The translations under genes were made by a program, and so were the position numbers. This document shows, one piece after another, positions 25,122-39,929 of a stretch of 64,000 nucleotides of DNA. Each line of letters begins with the position of its first letter. Position 1 is the stretch's first letter. A model generated the notes under the pieces. The model worked only from the letters and a program-made list of their open reading frames with translations. It had not been told where the DNA came from and did not search any database. Source of the DNA: Phoronis australis (taxonomy: Eukaryota > Animalia > Phoronida); contig NMRA01000129.1 in assembly GCA_002633005.1 (NCBI GenBank), positions 372,628 to 436,627 on the forward strand, given 5' to 3'.

Positions 25122-25225
25122 CTATAACCAGAGATTGTCGAAAATTTATATTTATATAGGTTGACCACCGGGATAAGTATAATTATATCAGTATAACTGG
25201 ACCCGACATAATAGGTCCAGTTGTA

Positions 25226-25430
25226 CCGTAAACATTCGAGTTAACGTACATGTTCACTTAATCGCCCATCCCAACTTCAGGTGGATTTCCGATTTAAGCG
25301 CCCACTACTTGGTTAAGTGCCCTTCTGCGATTTTTGAAGATTTCCAGTTAAACGCCACCATTCGGTTAAGCACCCATCCCCGCTTTTCAAAGATTGAACA
25401 TTAGCGCCCTGTGCTAAAGCGACGCGCGAT
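25226..25430. mobile_element. Probable Tc1/mariner-pogo-like MITE fragment in FReD intron 1
   Basis: Starts (ta)ccgtaaa and carries about five repeated ttaagcgccc-like subterminal motifs. Confidence 0.4.
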
Positions 25431-26137
25431 TCCCCGGCTTTTAAATAAAGTTCGATGACAACAATGAGTGCAACAACGGCCGTTCAGACAGTGGTTTGGC
25501 ACTGTGAATTGTAATACAAGTAACAACTTATTGTCCCGGGTCATAAATTTACTTAAAATGTAATAGTTGAGCATTTTGTCACTTTATTTTCTTGCCTTGG
25601 TCGCAAAACTTGAAGACCTCCACCACCTTCAATACCTCCGCTTTCAGCGATGCTGTTTGCCGTGCAAAGTCTCCGTCTGCATTGCCCTATATAAAACATG
25701 TATTCGAAAAAATAAGGCCAGAGAAACGTGACTGGGTTTGCCAACACTCCCAATTCGGTTAGAAAAACGCGCAGGTGGCCTGATGCCTTTTGCAGTACAT
25801 CAGACGTGTTTAGGCCGCAAGGCCGGGCCCATTACACTAGTCACCTGATTATGACTCATGGGGACACGACTGTGGGTCAAGGGGTTCTTGGGTTGAGGAG
25901 ATGGAGAGGTGTGGGTTTCGGGGGGAACGAACGAGTTTTAGAACTATCTTGGGACGAGGCTAGTTTATGCTCGGGTTTAACGTAAAATTTCAGGAAAATC
26001 TCCCTTTGAAAAGGGCGCGTTTCCGGCCAAAGTCCCACATTATGTGGTAACTAAAATGTGCAGAGGTGTTCATTGTTAAAAAACGCTCTCTGTCGTTGAC
26101 GTAAACGACGCCTTTAACAAAGTAGCAAAATACTCAC

Positions 26138-26459
26138 GTGAAGACTCCTTTCTATAGTATGTCCAGCCATATGCAGTCACCAACGTCCCTGGCAAACAGT
26201 AGGTAACACGGTATGTGTGACAGAGTTTCTCACATTCGTTAAAGGCAAAGGCATCGCACGATTCGTCAGTAGAACACTTGGCAGCACATCTTATCCAGCT
26301 ATGAATCGGTTGGGGAACAACGGTGGTGTGTGAGCTGCTCATGCGCGTGTTCTTGGTCCCGCTGTCGTAATACACCCCGTTGTTCTTAGTCTCAATGAGA
26401 GCGAAGGACAATACTTCAAACACAAAAAAGGTTACGTATAAGATATTAAGCAGAGACAT
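26138..26459 (-). CDS. FReD gene exon 1: signal peptide + PAN/apple-like domain
   Basis: ATG at 26459; hydrophobic MSLLNILYVTFFVFEVLSFA; SWIRCAAKCSTDESCDAFAFNECEKLCHTY; donor C|gtgagt; 322 nt. Confidence 0.85.
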
Positions 26460-28042
26460 TTGATCGAAATGCAGCGTCACTGGGCTCATTCGGGTTAACA
26501 CGGTGAAATGTTGTTGAATGTTCCTGTTACAGTGCCACTGGTCTTTCGCCGAGAAGCGTTTTACACAAGATTATAAAAACCCTTGAAAAAAGCAACCGGT
26601 ATCGATCGGTATCTCTACAACCAACCGGATGCGAAGCGTCCAGCTCGTGACTGACGACCCCTGTACATGCAGCTAATTTCGTATGGGGTGATGGGTGATA
26701 TTTATCGTCATTTATTTTTTCACTCAAGAAACAGCATGTAAAACAGTGAGTGATTAATTAAAAACAGTGGTACTGTAGCCATGTCCAGGTCATGAAGATC
26801 GTTGATTTGTCTATACTTTGTTTATATGTTTAAACTCCAGAGATTTCCGAGTTAGAGACTGCATAGCATACGTAGGAGCAGTGCTATATAAACCAAGTTT
26901 TAAACAAAACTATGTAAAACAGAATTTACAGCAAATTTCGTCAAAAATATAATTTGCTAAATATCTAAGTGCGGAATGTAATGTCTTTGTTATGAAAGGG
27001 AAAAAATCACAATAATTTGTGCGTAATAGTAAGCACCACAATACATCCAGCCCCTTTGGTACCTCGTGGTTAAGTTCAGCCGCAAAAACACGCACGTACA
27101 CGTAACTAAGTTCGAGGCAGTAACCGAACAAAAATTTCGAAATGGCAAAATTGGAAGAATGCACTTGAAAAGCCATATTTCCAGCTACATGTAAACAGGG
27201 TTTGTTGATCAATAGTAGTTGACACAGGTTCTCTATTGTTTTCTATCTTTTACATGAGCATGTTTCGCTGCAAATTTCTTTTCCGGAGTGCACATCCTCA
27301 TCGCTTTATGGCGTTGCCCATCGCCACGAACGTTGAATCAAAGCGATCGACAAATCATGTGAAGTACATATGCAGGTATTTGTGAGACAGTTGAGAACTA
27401 GTTACAGTATTTGGTGCATCTAAGTTACTACAACTGACGTGTACTAATCTCAGGTATAGGTGGTACTCAATAGTTTTTTGAGCTACGATTCAATTTTTCT
27501 GCCCTAATTCGATTTAAATCGGCACTTACTGGGTTGGCTGGGCATTTCAAGTTCTGTGATGAATATGAAGACTTCGAATGGCGTTTTCCTGATTTTTCGA
27601 ATCTGCTATGAGTAAAAGGATATCAGCTTTTGACCCCTTGGCCCACATTTTGCTCAAAAGTGACTTTTCTTAATCCTTTACTGTTGGACTTTAGCAGGAA
27701 ATTCAGCTACGCTTCAGACTAATTGGAATTATGGTATTTCTCCATGGTCGATACTCACTTTTGCCTGATTTCTGGAATCTGGAGAGTTTTGGGCAGTGTG
27801 AATGCACTCATAGTATTAGTAATTACATGGAAGTGGCGGTTTTGGCGTGAAAACTGATGTTTCGGCATACTTTGGTCGTATATTCAAGTAGCCGGCTGCA
27901 CTTACAGTAGTCATAAATGGTTTGACAAATTGACTTCGGAATAAATTTCAATAGATTTTGTGCAAGGTTGAAGCATTTGGTCCATTCTTTTTTGAGAATT
28001 TTCAAGTTTTGTACATCCTGTGGAACAGATAGTCGGAGCTGA

Positions 28043-28241
28043 CAGTGCTGTAGTGTTAAATTAGAGGTAAGCAGGCGCCAAAAGTCTATCGTGTCGCCTT
28101 GAGCACTGAATTTTAAATGTACAATACATTGAACTCGCCTGACTCACAAACATGAAGGCTTACTTTTTAACGCTGGGTAGGCGCTACTTTGAAAAGCAAA
28201 AAGGCTGCCCCTACGTGCACCTACGCCCTACTACAGCACTG
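28043..28241. mobile_element. hAT-type MITE, copy 1
   Basis: 12-bp TIR CAGTGCTGTAGT...ACTACAGCACTG; same family as 56043-56223; no clear TSD at this copy. Confidence 0.8.
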
Positions 28242-30189
28242 AGACCCGTCATGGTTTTTTAGCACCAAATCACAAAAACTGTTGAGTGCACCACCACTTG
28301 TTCTAACTTACAGATCGCAATTAGCTTAAAGTGGAGGCAACTCAACGCTTTGGTACTAGCAGAGCCAAGAAACAATAAGGCCAGCAGACCAGTATTTCAA
28401 GCGTATTTCAGGATATCTACAACCTTATTCACAAAGATTGGCCATTTTTACACTATTTCACATGTGTCTATCAAAATACATGTACCTTATCTTCATTCTC
28501 GGGGAACTTCAAATACAAAACATATACTGCGTAGCTAGAAAAAATAAGATTTAACAGAACCACCTTGGAACCGCACAACTGCGTGGATATTTGTTTACTA
28601 CATTGTACTTATCCGATGTCAAAGGTTAAACGGCTTTCAATCAAATCGAATTTCCCTCCCGATACAGACTATCTTCATATACATGTACCCTCAGTGCTTT
28701 CTTTCACCAAGTCGCATAACATTGATTCAAGGATGTGTACGCATAGTAGAATGGTGCCTGGGGAAACAAATACAAAACGTAGTTTTGATCCTAAGGGACC
28801 TGTGCGTCTACAATGCATACGGCCGTTGGCGTTGAGAACGAATGCTACCAGTAGCCTCAGGCCTCTGTGGTCATGAACACAGCAAGTTGTGAAAAGAGAT
28901 AAATCATCAATCTAATTCAATTAATTTATTGACATTTCAATGTTTCGATCTCATGCTAACGACATGCTTTAACCACCGATTCGATTTTTGTTCGTATCAG
29001 AGTCCAAACACGCCACGTGTAAAAATGAACTGTGACCTACATGTATTCATAAAAGTAGGTCAAGTAGGTAGCAAACAACAGTAGCAGTTAGCAGGGAACG
29101 GTACATTTTAATGACAATTAAGTTAACTACGCATTGCAAAATCAGTTGACATTGACAGTGAATGTTGAAATAGCTAACGTATATATGATGTGTATCGAAA
29201 ACAAGTTTTCACCGAATAATTAATCGAAGACTTTGAGATTTTCACTGGACCCAGTTTAATTGGCTTTTTCTCGGTTTTGGCAAATCGACATTATTTGAAT
29301 TAAGAACACGAGTTCTGAAACACGGCCCGGTGGATTTCGCTGAAACTTTCCAAACCTAATATTTAGTCATCAGTCTCAAAAACGCTGGTAGGATTTTCGA
29401 TATAAAGGCCTATTTTTTGCGTAATGTAACAAAGCCGAATACGACGTCCATTTTTACCAAAAATGCCTTACGTTTTCTGAGTTGATTTGTTATACAATCC
29501 AAACGAAAAGACTAATCGAAAATTTCTAACACCCTGTTTGAGGTAATTGGTGAAGTTTTTGTTTAAAAAAGGTTTTATTAAAATCTACCGAGGGGTTATT
29601 TTGTTATGAATGTACCTTTCTCAAAAATGAAATTTTGACTTAAAAAGATTCTTACGTAAATATTATAATGGTACATTAACACAAAATGTATTTTTATATT
29701 CCCTGATATTTTTCGTTCGGAAAATATATACTTTTACTAGTTGACATAGCTTAGTTTTTGATATACGATGTAAATGGATACCACTAAATAAGGTTTGAGA
29801 TAACCTTAACTGGTAAGGTCATCAGCCTCGATTATAGCTACGGAATCACTGGAAGCTGACATGAGGAAAAAGTGATTTCTAATAAAATCACGGTGGATTT
29901 TGATAGTTTGAAAATCTGGTTTAAAGGGATAACTTTAAGTAGTCTCTGCTATTCAATAACATTGAAGATGCATTTTATCCCAAAACTGATAGTACACTGT
30001 ATGTCTACAGATAATGTATTTTTACACAGCGACGTACATTATCTTTTTTGTCGGTGAGCCACTTATCGTTATTCGTCGTAATTTGGTTTCTCAAATGTCA
30101 GATTAATGATAGCGTTTGTAAAACTGAATGCAATTCTCAACATACGCGGAGTTTTTTCTACCATATTGTTTGGTCATTTTTAGAGATAC

Positions 30190-30426
30190 TGGTGGGGATC
30201 CGTTCCAACAAAACTGTCTTAGCTAAGACAAATCTTAAATTTTAGTAGATTTTAAAATAAAAGTTAAATTTGTCTCAAAACCAAATCAAGAGAGAAATCT
30301 TAAGTTTGACTTAAGTGTATGAGCCAAGTTTTGTCTTAATTTTGTCTAAATTTCCAAATGTGGAAGTTTCAAAGTTTGGAAGTTAAGACAAATCTTAGAC
30401 TTAAGTCAAAAATGAACAGGCCCTGG
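30190..30426. mobile_element. Degenerate MITE (Harbinger-like?)
   Basis: Internally palindromic aagacaaatcttaa / ttaagtc motifs; ends ggggatccgttc...gaacaggccc. Confidence 0.4.
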
Positions 30427-31309
30427 ATCTTTATTTCCCGTTGCTTTCCACGATGCACCCAAGCACCAAATACGGGAGTCTTTATCAGTTGGCTTTATTC
30501 AGTGGTCTCATCAGTATATTGTAATTAACAGAACTTACGCAATTCTTAATAGTTTTCGTGCAAGTTTCCTTTGTGTTGACGTGTATTCGTGAGGCACTTT
30601 CACCGGAAGTCAACTGTTTGAATTTTATAAACGAAAGTCATCTTCGAAGAAAACGATGTTTCTTCTTATTCTTCTGCCAGTAATATCGATCCTTAGATGT
30701 TGGCGCTTGTTAGTAATAAAACTGAGCTGTCCATACTGTGAAAACAACAACAAAATAAAGTGCGGGTTAGTGCCAAGATAAAAACAGGTTTTATTGATTA
30801 CTTTGTAAGATTGATATCCAAGATGTTACCTGTAAACATCTCTATTGTTAGAGTTTGCGTAGTACTCAGTGCGGATTTATGATCCCGTCTCAAAGGTGTG
30901 AGTGGAAGTGGAAGTTACGTGATCTCGAAATATGTAGGGGTGGAATGTATGAGTGGGGAATATCAACCAGGTTATATACGGCCTTGTACAGTAGGGACAG
31001 TTTATTTTGAGCTCGTCTTTCTTGAAGGGTGGGCCATTTGAGAGTTGTGACCATGGATGAAACAGAGGATTACCTTGAGTGGTCATTTATAAGGAAGCTG
31101 GCTGCTCTACACTGTTTTCTATCTTGTCAACATTGGAGCGAGTGGAGGGATCCCATACAGAGGAGGAGTATTTGAGCCCACGACAATTGCTCACTTGCGA
31201 ATTTCCAGTTAGTCAATATGACGTCACCGGAAGTAGGGTAAAACCCGCCATATTGCCCTTGTTTTGCCTCGAGTCTTTGCTACACACGCTAAATCTTACC
31301 GGAGTTCTT

Positions 31310-31459
31310 ATGGAAAATTTCATGGTTAAAACGTCAACAAAACTTAAGAGATGGTAGATGGATCGTGGAATAACTGTGGATGGACGAAGAAAAGGTGAAC
31401 TTGTTATGTTGTGCGAAGCTGTAAACGGACCAAAATTGGAACTCGACCCGGGGGCCTGA
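31310..31459 (+). pseudogene. SAP-domain-like coding remnant, probably transposon-derived
   Basis: MENFMVKTSTKLKRW*MDRGITVDGRRKGELVMLCEAVNGPKLELDPGA* fits the SAP pattern LKxxLxxRGxxxxGxKxELV, with TAG at 31355 replacing the Leu. Confidence 0.55.
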
Positions 31460-32055
31460 ATGCCGCAGGCATACAAGGGGTCGATAGTATATCCCCATCA
31501 AAGTTACTCGTTTCAAAATAAAATCAAATGAAACATGCTTACATGCTTATGTGCACATGGAGTTATAATTAACACATACCATGACTCTGGATAAAATTTA
31601 GTCAAGAAATAACTTGAATATATCTATGAAACCTCGCGGTTCGCTCGAGTTTCTCGCATCGGTCGCTATTTTGAGGGACATACGTGAAATCTTGCCTGTT
31701 GACTAACAAAAAATTCAAGGGACACAAATCTTACAAATTGATCACTTGATGTCTTCCCATGCTATTTTGCAAGTGTCGACCATGATTAGCAGACTACCTA
31801 CATGCCGCAAACCATAATCATACGTTCAATGACTCCTGGTTCGCTATGGGTACCTTTCAGTCAAGACATCCGTGTCATACTGGTCAAAGCCAGCTTTGCA
31901 ATGGTGGACTGTTGCAATACCGGCCAGGTATTATTAAAGACCTAGGAATGTACAGCCTATAGTTACGCTTGCAAACAAGCAGGAAATGGTTCGACACAAA
32001 GCAAAGATCATGTTTAAACTTCAAATTGTGTCCAGAATTCTGCGTCGACACTAGG

Positions 32056-35000
32056 TTTTTTACACATTTATTACAAAAACAGATACATATGAAAATGTTA
32101 TACACAACGCAACACAACAAAGTACAGAATTGTAAAAAAAACATTCGATTGTTACTTCCAAGTTATATACATTTAAAAAGTACTACTTAAATTTCCATTC
32201 TGGCATTTGGTCAATTCTCTGGATCCATTCATGTTTCAAAAACACATTTCCAATTCCCCCGTTTTTTCATTAAATGTCCGTGTGCTTAAAGCACTGACTT
32301 CTACATTAAAGCACACTATCAAAAATACGACATATTAAATTAGGTTTGAGGTTAGCAAACTCCTTTTTAAAAACAATTTTTTTTGTTTTGTAAAAGATCC
32401 GGTTAAAAATTCTATTTTGTTCATTTTGAAGACCAAATATTATGGCGAGTTCGTCTACTTCAAAATTTTCTTGCATTGCAGTCATTAACCAGAGACGTAC
32501 CCCATGCCACAAAGAGTTAATATATTCATATTTAAAGAATAAATGTTCTAAAGTCTCGGGAAAGTATTTACAAATTGTGCAAGCATCTAAGTCAATATAT
32601 CTAATCATATCTAAACATAATTAATAGATAAAATTTGGAAAAGGTGCAGAAGTTACCATTCCAATCCAAAAAAGCATTCACATATGAACGATTCATAAAT
32701 ACAAGGGCCGTATTCCTCCGTATATAGTCTTGGTCCACACATTAATTGACACCGCATCTTCGTGTCCTGAAATAGTCTCCTTGTAAACTAAAAATTGCTT
32801 CAATACTAGAAGCATTCTCTTCAAAAAGAGTTACAGTTATCTAATCTAGTTAACCTTCAGTCTCCATTGCACAACATTCCATCTCTAGTAAGCCCGATAT
32901 CTTTTTGCAACAAATACGTCCATTGAGATTTTGTTAAAAAGAATCTACTAACCCATGAAATTTTATAGACATGTTAAATTTTCTGACATCTTTCATCTTC
33001 AATCAACCTCTTCTATGGATTTAATGGGTATTTCTATTTTTATTTTATCAGGTTTACCGTCCCAATTAAATTTTCAAAGTTTCAATATCGGCAAAAGTAA
33101 TATCATAGGGACTCGGAAGCAACGTTAGCACAAGTGTTTTTAATACTATGACTTTTCCAAAGATAACTTTATGCGAGACCATATGTTTATCAGATACTTC
33201 ATTTCTGTTATTTTTGCATCGAAGTGATATTTGGATATATTTTAAAAGTTCACGTTGAAATTATTACCCAGAAGCTTAAAAAACATCCCTCCATTTTGGT
33301 TTCCAACGCGTGCAGTGAAACACTTCTTAAGAGAATTTTCAACTTCCAGTCCACACCACTTTTGTCTTAGAATAGTTTATCTTCAGTCCCGACATCACTG
33401 CATAGAACTCTAAGTTGTTCATAAGTGCTGCCAGGGATCTTGGAGTTCCGTCTAATGTGAAAGTTGTGTCGTCTGCGTATTGTGTTGTAACGTACTGTAT
33501 TCCTCGTTGTCGATTTTAATACTTTCCACTTCAGGATCATGCTCAATCAATAAAGACAACATTTCAGCACACAATATAAAATACATGTATAAGAGGAGAG
33601 AGTATCACCTTGTCGATATCTGCGTTCCAGTATGAAGTTGTCTGATAGAAACACATTTTGTATTACACGGACAATTGGCTTATTATGAAAGGTTCATATA
33701 TATCGAATAATACAGGACTTGGAATTGAAATTATTCAGGACTTGGAAATACCAAGACCAAGGAAACACTGTCAAAATCTTTTTCAAAATGTATCAAGACG
33801 AGTAATCCAGGAATGTTATGTTTGTCCGTATCCTATAATCCATAATATCATAAATTAGTCTTGTGTTCTTTCCCATAAATCTTCCTTTTATAAATCCATT
33901 TTGGGTATTTGAAATCTGTTTTTCTAGAACTTTTTTTAATTCTGCTTGCAGCGCGTCCCGAAGCTAATTTGTATACACTTTTCAATAAAGTTATTGGGCG
34001 TCATTTCAAAAACTGTTTCCGACTGTCTGGTTTTAGAATACATGCAATAATTCCAGTCCGTTGGGTTGTAGGCATTTGCCCTTTTTCAAAACTACCCTTG
34101 GTGTGCCGCAATACAAAATATTTTTGATGTCTTCCCCGAAAATCTTCAAACATTTCATCGTAAAGCCATCAGAGCTTGGAATATTCTTAATTTTGTGTGT
34201 ATTCTGAAACTCCAGGTAATTCATCAATATTAATTTCATTTTCTAATCGGATTGCCCCCAACTCTAAAAGTACAGGTTTCTGACAGTGTCCGAGTACGCT
34301 ATTCAACGCTTCTTCACTCTCAGGCCTAGAAAGAGTAAACAAAAATTGTTAAAAATAATTATCTCACACAAAAACTTTTTTTGATCAGTGATATTTTCTC
34401 CTTCTTATGTTTCTGTAGCATATATCAACTTATTAAAAAAGCTCCTTGATTGTAAGATGCAAAATCATTTTAGGGGCGTTGTCTACTTTCAATCTAATTT
34501 GCTCTTGATAGGACCCTTCAAAGTCTGTCTTCTTAATACTTGTAAGTGGGTGTAAATAGTTGTTCGTTTTAAATCATCTTCAGTCGAATTTTCTTTGCTT
34601 TCCAGCCTATTAATAGCTTCTTCTAAATTACGTTCACAATTGTTTTTTTTTGTTTTTGAGTAGTCCATAGTGGTGTCACGGATTTCCATACACATGACGT
34701 CTAAGATCAACTGGTCATACATTTTGAATTTCATTGTTAGAAATTGTATCAGTCATTTGGCAACAGTACACTGGAACAGCATATTGACGTTTTACCACAG
34801 TAATTCTTTCGTCAACCTTTTTAGTACATGTATACTCCAAAGGACCCAACAGGGATTTGCTGAATTTCCAAAGGCCTTTCATTCCCTCATCATATTCTTT
34901 TTTTAATTTAAGAGCACTCCTGAAACTATCTGATATGTAACTGTTTATTATGCTAATTTCAAACAGTCAAGCAAATTTTTTGAAAGCAACAAAAGTCCAC

Positions 35001-35570
35001 TCTCGCCTGCTTTATAGGATTTTTACGTTTCCATGTATAACACTTTAAATTCGGGTAAAATTCCCGAAATGGATCTACTTGGTAGCACATTTGTATTTCT
35101 TCATTTAATTTTTCACTGGCATTTGGATTATTAACCTGCCTGCAATAGTGCCTGTCTTTATATTGGTGTAAAACAAGATTGAAATCATAACATGCAGTAT
35201 TTTTTTCATTACCCGCCTTCTCAATTACCTTAAAACGTTTTGAGAAAATCAGGATTGTCCTCATTTGGACCATTCAAGTTTACAAGCGTAATTATTGTTC
35301 CCTCCATTCTTATATCAAGTAATATAAAATTTCCGCTTTTGTCGCTTCTCCAACCGTGTATTTGATGTTCAAAATTATTACTCAGCATTAGTTCGAATCC
35401 TCTTGTATTGCCTTTGAATGAACTGTAAAAGCAGGAAAACGCCCACTGTAACTGGCTTTGATCCTCCAAAGCCCTCACAAAATAAATATCTTGAAGACAA
35501 AAATTATTGTATGACCAAGTCTTTTGCCGGAATCTCCAAGACCCTGACAGTTTTCAGAAAGTATTTTAAT
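32056..35570 (-). mobile_element. Degenerate L1/Tx1-clade LINE, ORF2 and 3' end
   Basis: Endonuclease fragments: ITLVNLNGPNED, DFNLVL, YTWKRKNPIKQARVDF. RT fragments: PSSDGFT, RPITLL, QYADDTTF at 33459-33482. C-terminal CTICKYFPETLEHLFF. AATAAA plus A-run at 32056-32072. Many frameshifts. Confidence 0.9.
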
Positions 35571-36479
35571 TTCCATTTTTGTTGAAAATTAATTTGTGGA
35601 CTACCACTAAGTATTGCTCTCAGTGACACTAAACATTTAACGTTTTCAACTGGATTGATTAAAATATTTTTTCTACACGTACTTCTAGTAAATGTTTGCA
35701 ACGTGCTGATAATAAAAACATATACATGTACAAGAGAAGAAACACATTATACAAGAACGAACCCTGAATATGAGAAGGCAACCCGCATCGACAGTCATCC
35801 TATGCAACTAAAGCCCTGGATATTTGAATGGTTACTGTGGTTACAAATGTATACCCCATGGAATGACAAGCTGAATGAAGAACAATAGATGCGCTCTGAA
35901 TGAACACTCATTTGAGCGGAAGCCATTGATACAACCCTGCGTCCCGTTCAATAATACTAGGACCTCGGTAAAAGCAAGACTTCGCAAGGTTACGTGAGAT
36001 GTTGCCGTGTATTTCAAATGAGATCACGTGACTTTGTCTAGATTTTAGCCAGGTCCTAGTGTACATGTAGGGCCTAGCGTTACTGAACGCACGCCTAATA
36101 TAGTTACTACCATGGAGCAAATATACAGCACTGGCACACTGCAAAAATTAAATCAATTTAAAGCTTGTCATTGCAAGAGATAATTAGCTAAAGCAAAGAA
36201 TTCAAATATGAACTAAAACTTAAAAAGTGCAACAAAACTAACAGATAGCTGAGTAGAGAAACTGAAATACATTTAGAAGTAGTAGTATCAAATTACGATG
36301 AGGCAAATATTCTGCTCAAACACATTTAATACAAAACAAAATTTTAACGTAGCCTAAAATAGTTACCCAATTCCGCTCAACCTGACGACTAACATTAGTC
36401 ATTTTACTCACAGTTCAAAACCAGTTTCGGCGTTGGTTTCTGGCGTACACTCTTACAAAAACCTTCCACGAACTCGTTA

Positions 36480-36830
36480 ACTTGTTCCGTTCTCTTCATT
36501 TCTTGATAAGAAATATTCCTTTCCTTTATGAAGATATTCCCATCTCTCACATATGCCGACTAGATGTGTCCCTGTTTCGCTTATCTGCGACATTCTTCAA
36601 ATAATTGCAGGTTTTCGCTTCGTGAGATTTTTATAATTGATAAATATATTTCGCACAGAGGCACGTCCTTGGTCTACCTGTGTAACTGCAAGTGTCGATC
36701 TTTCTTTCAGAAATTCTGTTCGTTTACTATAACTAATAAACTTAGGTATGACCGGTCTAGGTTTACCTCTGGCATCTTTCTTAAAAGCATCCAACCTGTG
36801 GGTGCGGTCTAATTCAGTTATGGGCAGGTC
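36480..36830 (-). mobile_element. LINE ORF1 (L1-type RRM/CTD) remnant
   Basis: LDRTHRLDAFKKDARGKPRPVIPKFISYSKRTEFLKER..IFIN matches the IDRAHR..RPIIVKF..I.INEDLT pattern and lies upstream of the ORF2 remnant. Confidence 0.7.
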
Positions 36831-37906
36831 AACTTACAACACTAGGCTTACCTCAAAATCCAACTGCTGCTTGGTGGTTTGGTAATTGGTCAAATTATGT
36901 TGCACGCCCAACAAGCATTAAACACATGTTTTAGGTTGTAAAACTCACATGTATTATCTTATTTTTGATATTTTAAAAAAATCTGATCACATGTACTTTT
37001 CGCGAACTATTCGAATATGTTTTCTACAAACTTTCATAACGAAGACTTAGAACTACTATTTAGACTCCACAACGTTTTCATGGATTTTTCATTGTCTAGA
37101 AAACGGTAACATCAGCAGTGCAATTAATTAACTACAACAGCATGGTGTTTTTGATCTAAACAAGCAAATTCTGTGGTGCGCAAACCGGCCGCGTTGCTCA
37201 ATCTCGACTTGTTAGTGTGTCAACAAAACATTCTTTTAATATCATGTCTTTGTTGATGGAGATGAATAGCTGAAAACTGTTGTTGATTTATACATTTAAC
37301 AAATACACTATAACCAACTGTAATGAAGATTTTTTCAATTTGCTATTTTCAAGGCCTGTACTTAAGAAATTGTTACATGTAGGTTGACAATTTAAACCTG
37401 AAGTAGGAGACTATTTTCTTCGCCAGCTCTTTCAGACATTGTGCTGTGTTCAGGGATAGGTATTTGTATCAGAGAAAATTTTGTCCGTAGTTAGGCTCTG
37501 TCGCTCTTAAAGCTTTTCTCAACGAGCACGGTAAAGAACAAAAATATGACTTCATACCATTGGTTGCTGATTGGCCAGAGATATTTTCACCAGGAACAGT
37601 ACACTCTTGAGTGGAATTATAAAATGAGTTTCAATTATTCCAACTGAAAGAACAGTGACACTTTGTTGAAATACTGCGCATTAATCCATAATCTCTAAAA
37701 TACTTTACGGGGTTGTTTCCCATTCCCTTTGTACCCCCATCGCGATGTTTCCCAATTGCTAATTTCTGCAGTCCCGATATTTACCGGCCCCTTGATTAAC
37801 TGCTATTATTCGATTGAGACCCTTCAATAGATGATTATATGCAGACTCTAGAATCGCAGGGTAGCCCATTCCGTGGATGACAGGATCGTGCTGACCATAT
37901 CAGGTA

Positions 37907-38322
37907 TGATGGGCCGTTGGGGGTAAAGTGTCGCCGGAAAAATACTAGCGTAATTTTGTACATTATGCCGTTACTTACGCCGTTAATTACGCCGTAAAAT
38001 AACGAAAGTAATTTAATTCTTTACGGCGTAAAATTACGCTCGTAATTTAGTTTAAACTCTTAGCCAATGACGTTGAATTTTACAATCCAAGATCGCGTGC
38101 GCTCATGGAAATACTTATTTACTGGCGGGTTTCATGTCTACGATACGAGCGCTGAATCATGGCGGATCAAATCGCTGCTGCCATGTCAGCGATTGTGCCA
38201 TAACGAGCTGCCCAGCAACAGTCGTGTATGTTAGGTCATCACTGATTGGTTTAAATTTGGAACGTTCTTAGGTATTTTACGAGCGTAATTTACGACGACA
38301 TTTACCCCTCAACGGCCCACCA
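37907..38322. mobile_element. MITE with TA flanks
   Basis: tgatgggccgttgggggtaaa versus tttacccctcaacggcccacca; internal ttacg/cgtaa repeats. Confidence 0.75.
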
Positions 38323-38627
38323 TATATACACGGTTAGAATCGCCGATTAGCTTCATGTAAAAACAATATGGAGGACACCTGACTACCCCAAGTCTGGGTA
38401 TGCAGTGCATCTAGCGGTGTCATATTCAGAGGGGCCTGCTATTTTCCCTCCAAACTTCATTGGAAATACATGTATGCAGGCCTGTTTTGCTAATGTAGTT
38501 GATAAGCCAGTACTGCGGTGACTGCTCCAAAATGTCCGAGTCTTTAAATGCACAATTTATTAATGAGCAGGGGGAACATGGTAACAAAAACTTTCGTAAC
38601 AAGACGAAGAATTCGTGTATATGCCGG

Positions 38628-39080
38628 ATGTTTGTGCTTGTCAGTGATGTTCCACCACTCATTAATAATTTAAGGGTTTAAAGGGTGACATTTCGGTGCA
38701 TTTATTCGTATGAAACAGCAAAAATTACTTTTATAGAAATAATGCATTATGTAAATACAGCTTGTTTGTGCTTGTCTCTTACAGACCTTCCTCCACTCAT
38801 GAATAGTTTTTGCATTTAAACGGTGACGTTTTGGTGCGCTTAAATTGCATGAGCTTTGGCATATGCTTCAAAACGGTAAAAGTCATAGAAATATGCATTA
38901 TATATGCAGTGTTTGTGATTTCCTCTTACGATTGTTCCTACACTCATAAATAATTTCTGCGTTTAAAGTGTGACATTTTGGTTCCCCTAATGTACATGAG
39001 CCTAGGCATGTTCCTCAAAACAGTTACACAAAATTTTTATAAAAATGCATTATAGATCCCGCATGTTTGTGCTTGCCTCC
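38628..39080. repeat. Degenerate tandem repeat, ~140-bp unit, about 3 copies
   Basis: Recurring tgtttgtgct..ccactcat..tttaaa.gtgac.tttt.gt..atgcattat. Confidence 0.8.
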
Positions 39081-39929
39081 AGTTTTTTGCGTCTCATATA
39101 TTTTATGTTTGACTTGATGAAATGCAGCAACACTAGAAGTGCCCACTGGTCTTTTTCATATATTTATTGTAACTAACTGGCAATTAAAATACAAACGTAC
39201 ATAAACATACATAAACAGTTACCAGTGTTATAGTTGTACTAAGTTCCATTTTCGTTGTAACGTACCATTGATTTTACTAACAGTAAATTGTATTTCCATA
39301 TTTTTATAGTTTTTCAAAACTCTAGTGACATCAGTGGCAAGCAAATTTTGTTCTGCATTCTCTATTAATAAGTGACATTTTTGTTATTAAAATTACAAGA
39401 TTTGTATTGTTGTTACATTCGGTATTCCCAAACAAAATGTCAAGGCCGTTTAAAAAATCTGCCGTAAAGAAATCATCACAAACTTTCCTCCAGAACTCTC
39501 ATACACATCTGCATTCCACAAATAAATGTAATATAGTCTCTTTATTCTCAGAGCAAAATTTGCATCAGTCATTCTCTTGAACTTTAATTAACGTTAAGAA
39601 CACATTTGTTATTGTAATACGGCGTACTGTTTTGTACAGCACCTTAAGTATGAATGTAACTGTCACGTTTTTCTAGAAAGTTCCACACTAATCTGTAGTA
39701 AACAAATCACATCATCACTGTACTGACCTCAGGGGTGGTGCCAATCAAACAGAACAACGCAACAAAACAATACAACTAAAACAAAGGTCAGTCTACATTC
39801 TGACGACAGTAACTTTAAAACATACGGTAATAGATCAAAACCATCAACAGAAGAAAAGTATAAATATCTAGCTCTCGTCTGCAGGGCACTGTCCACATGC
39901 ATATTTGGGGATTCCAGTAACTCACCGTA

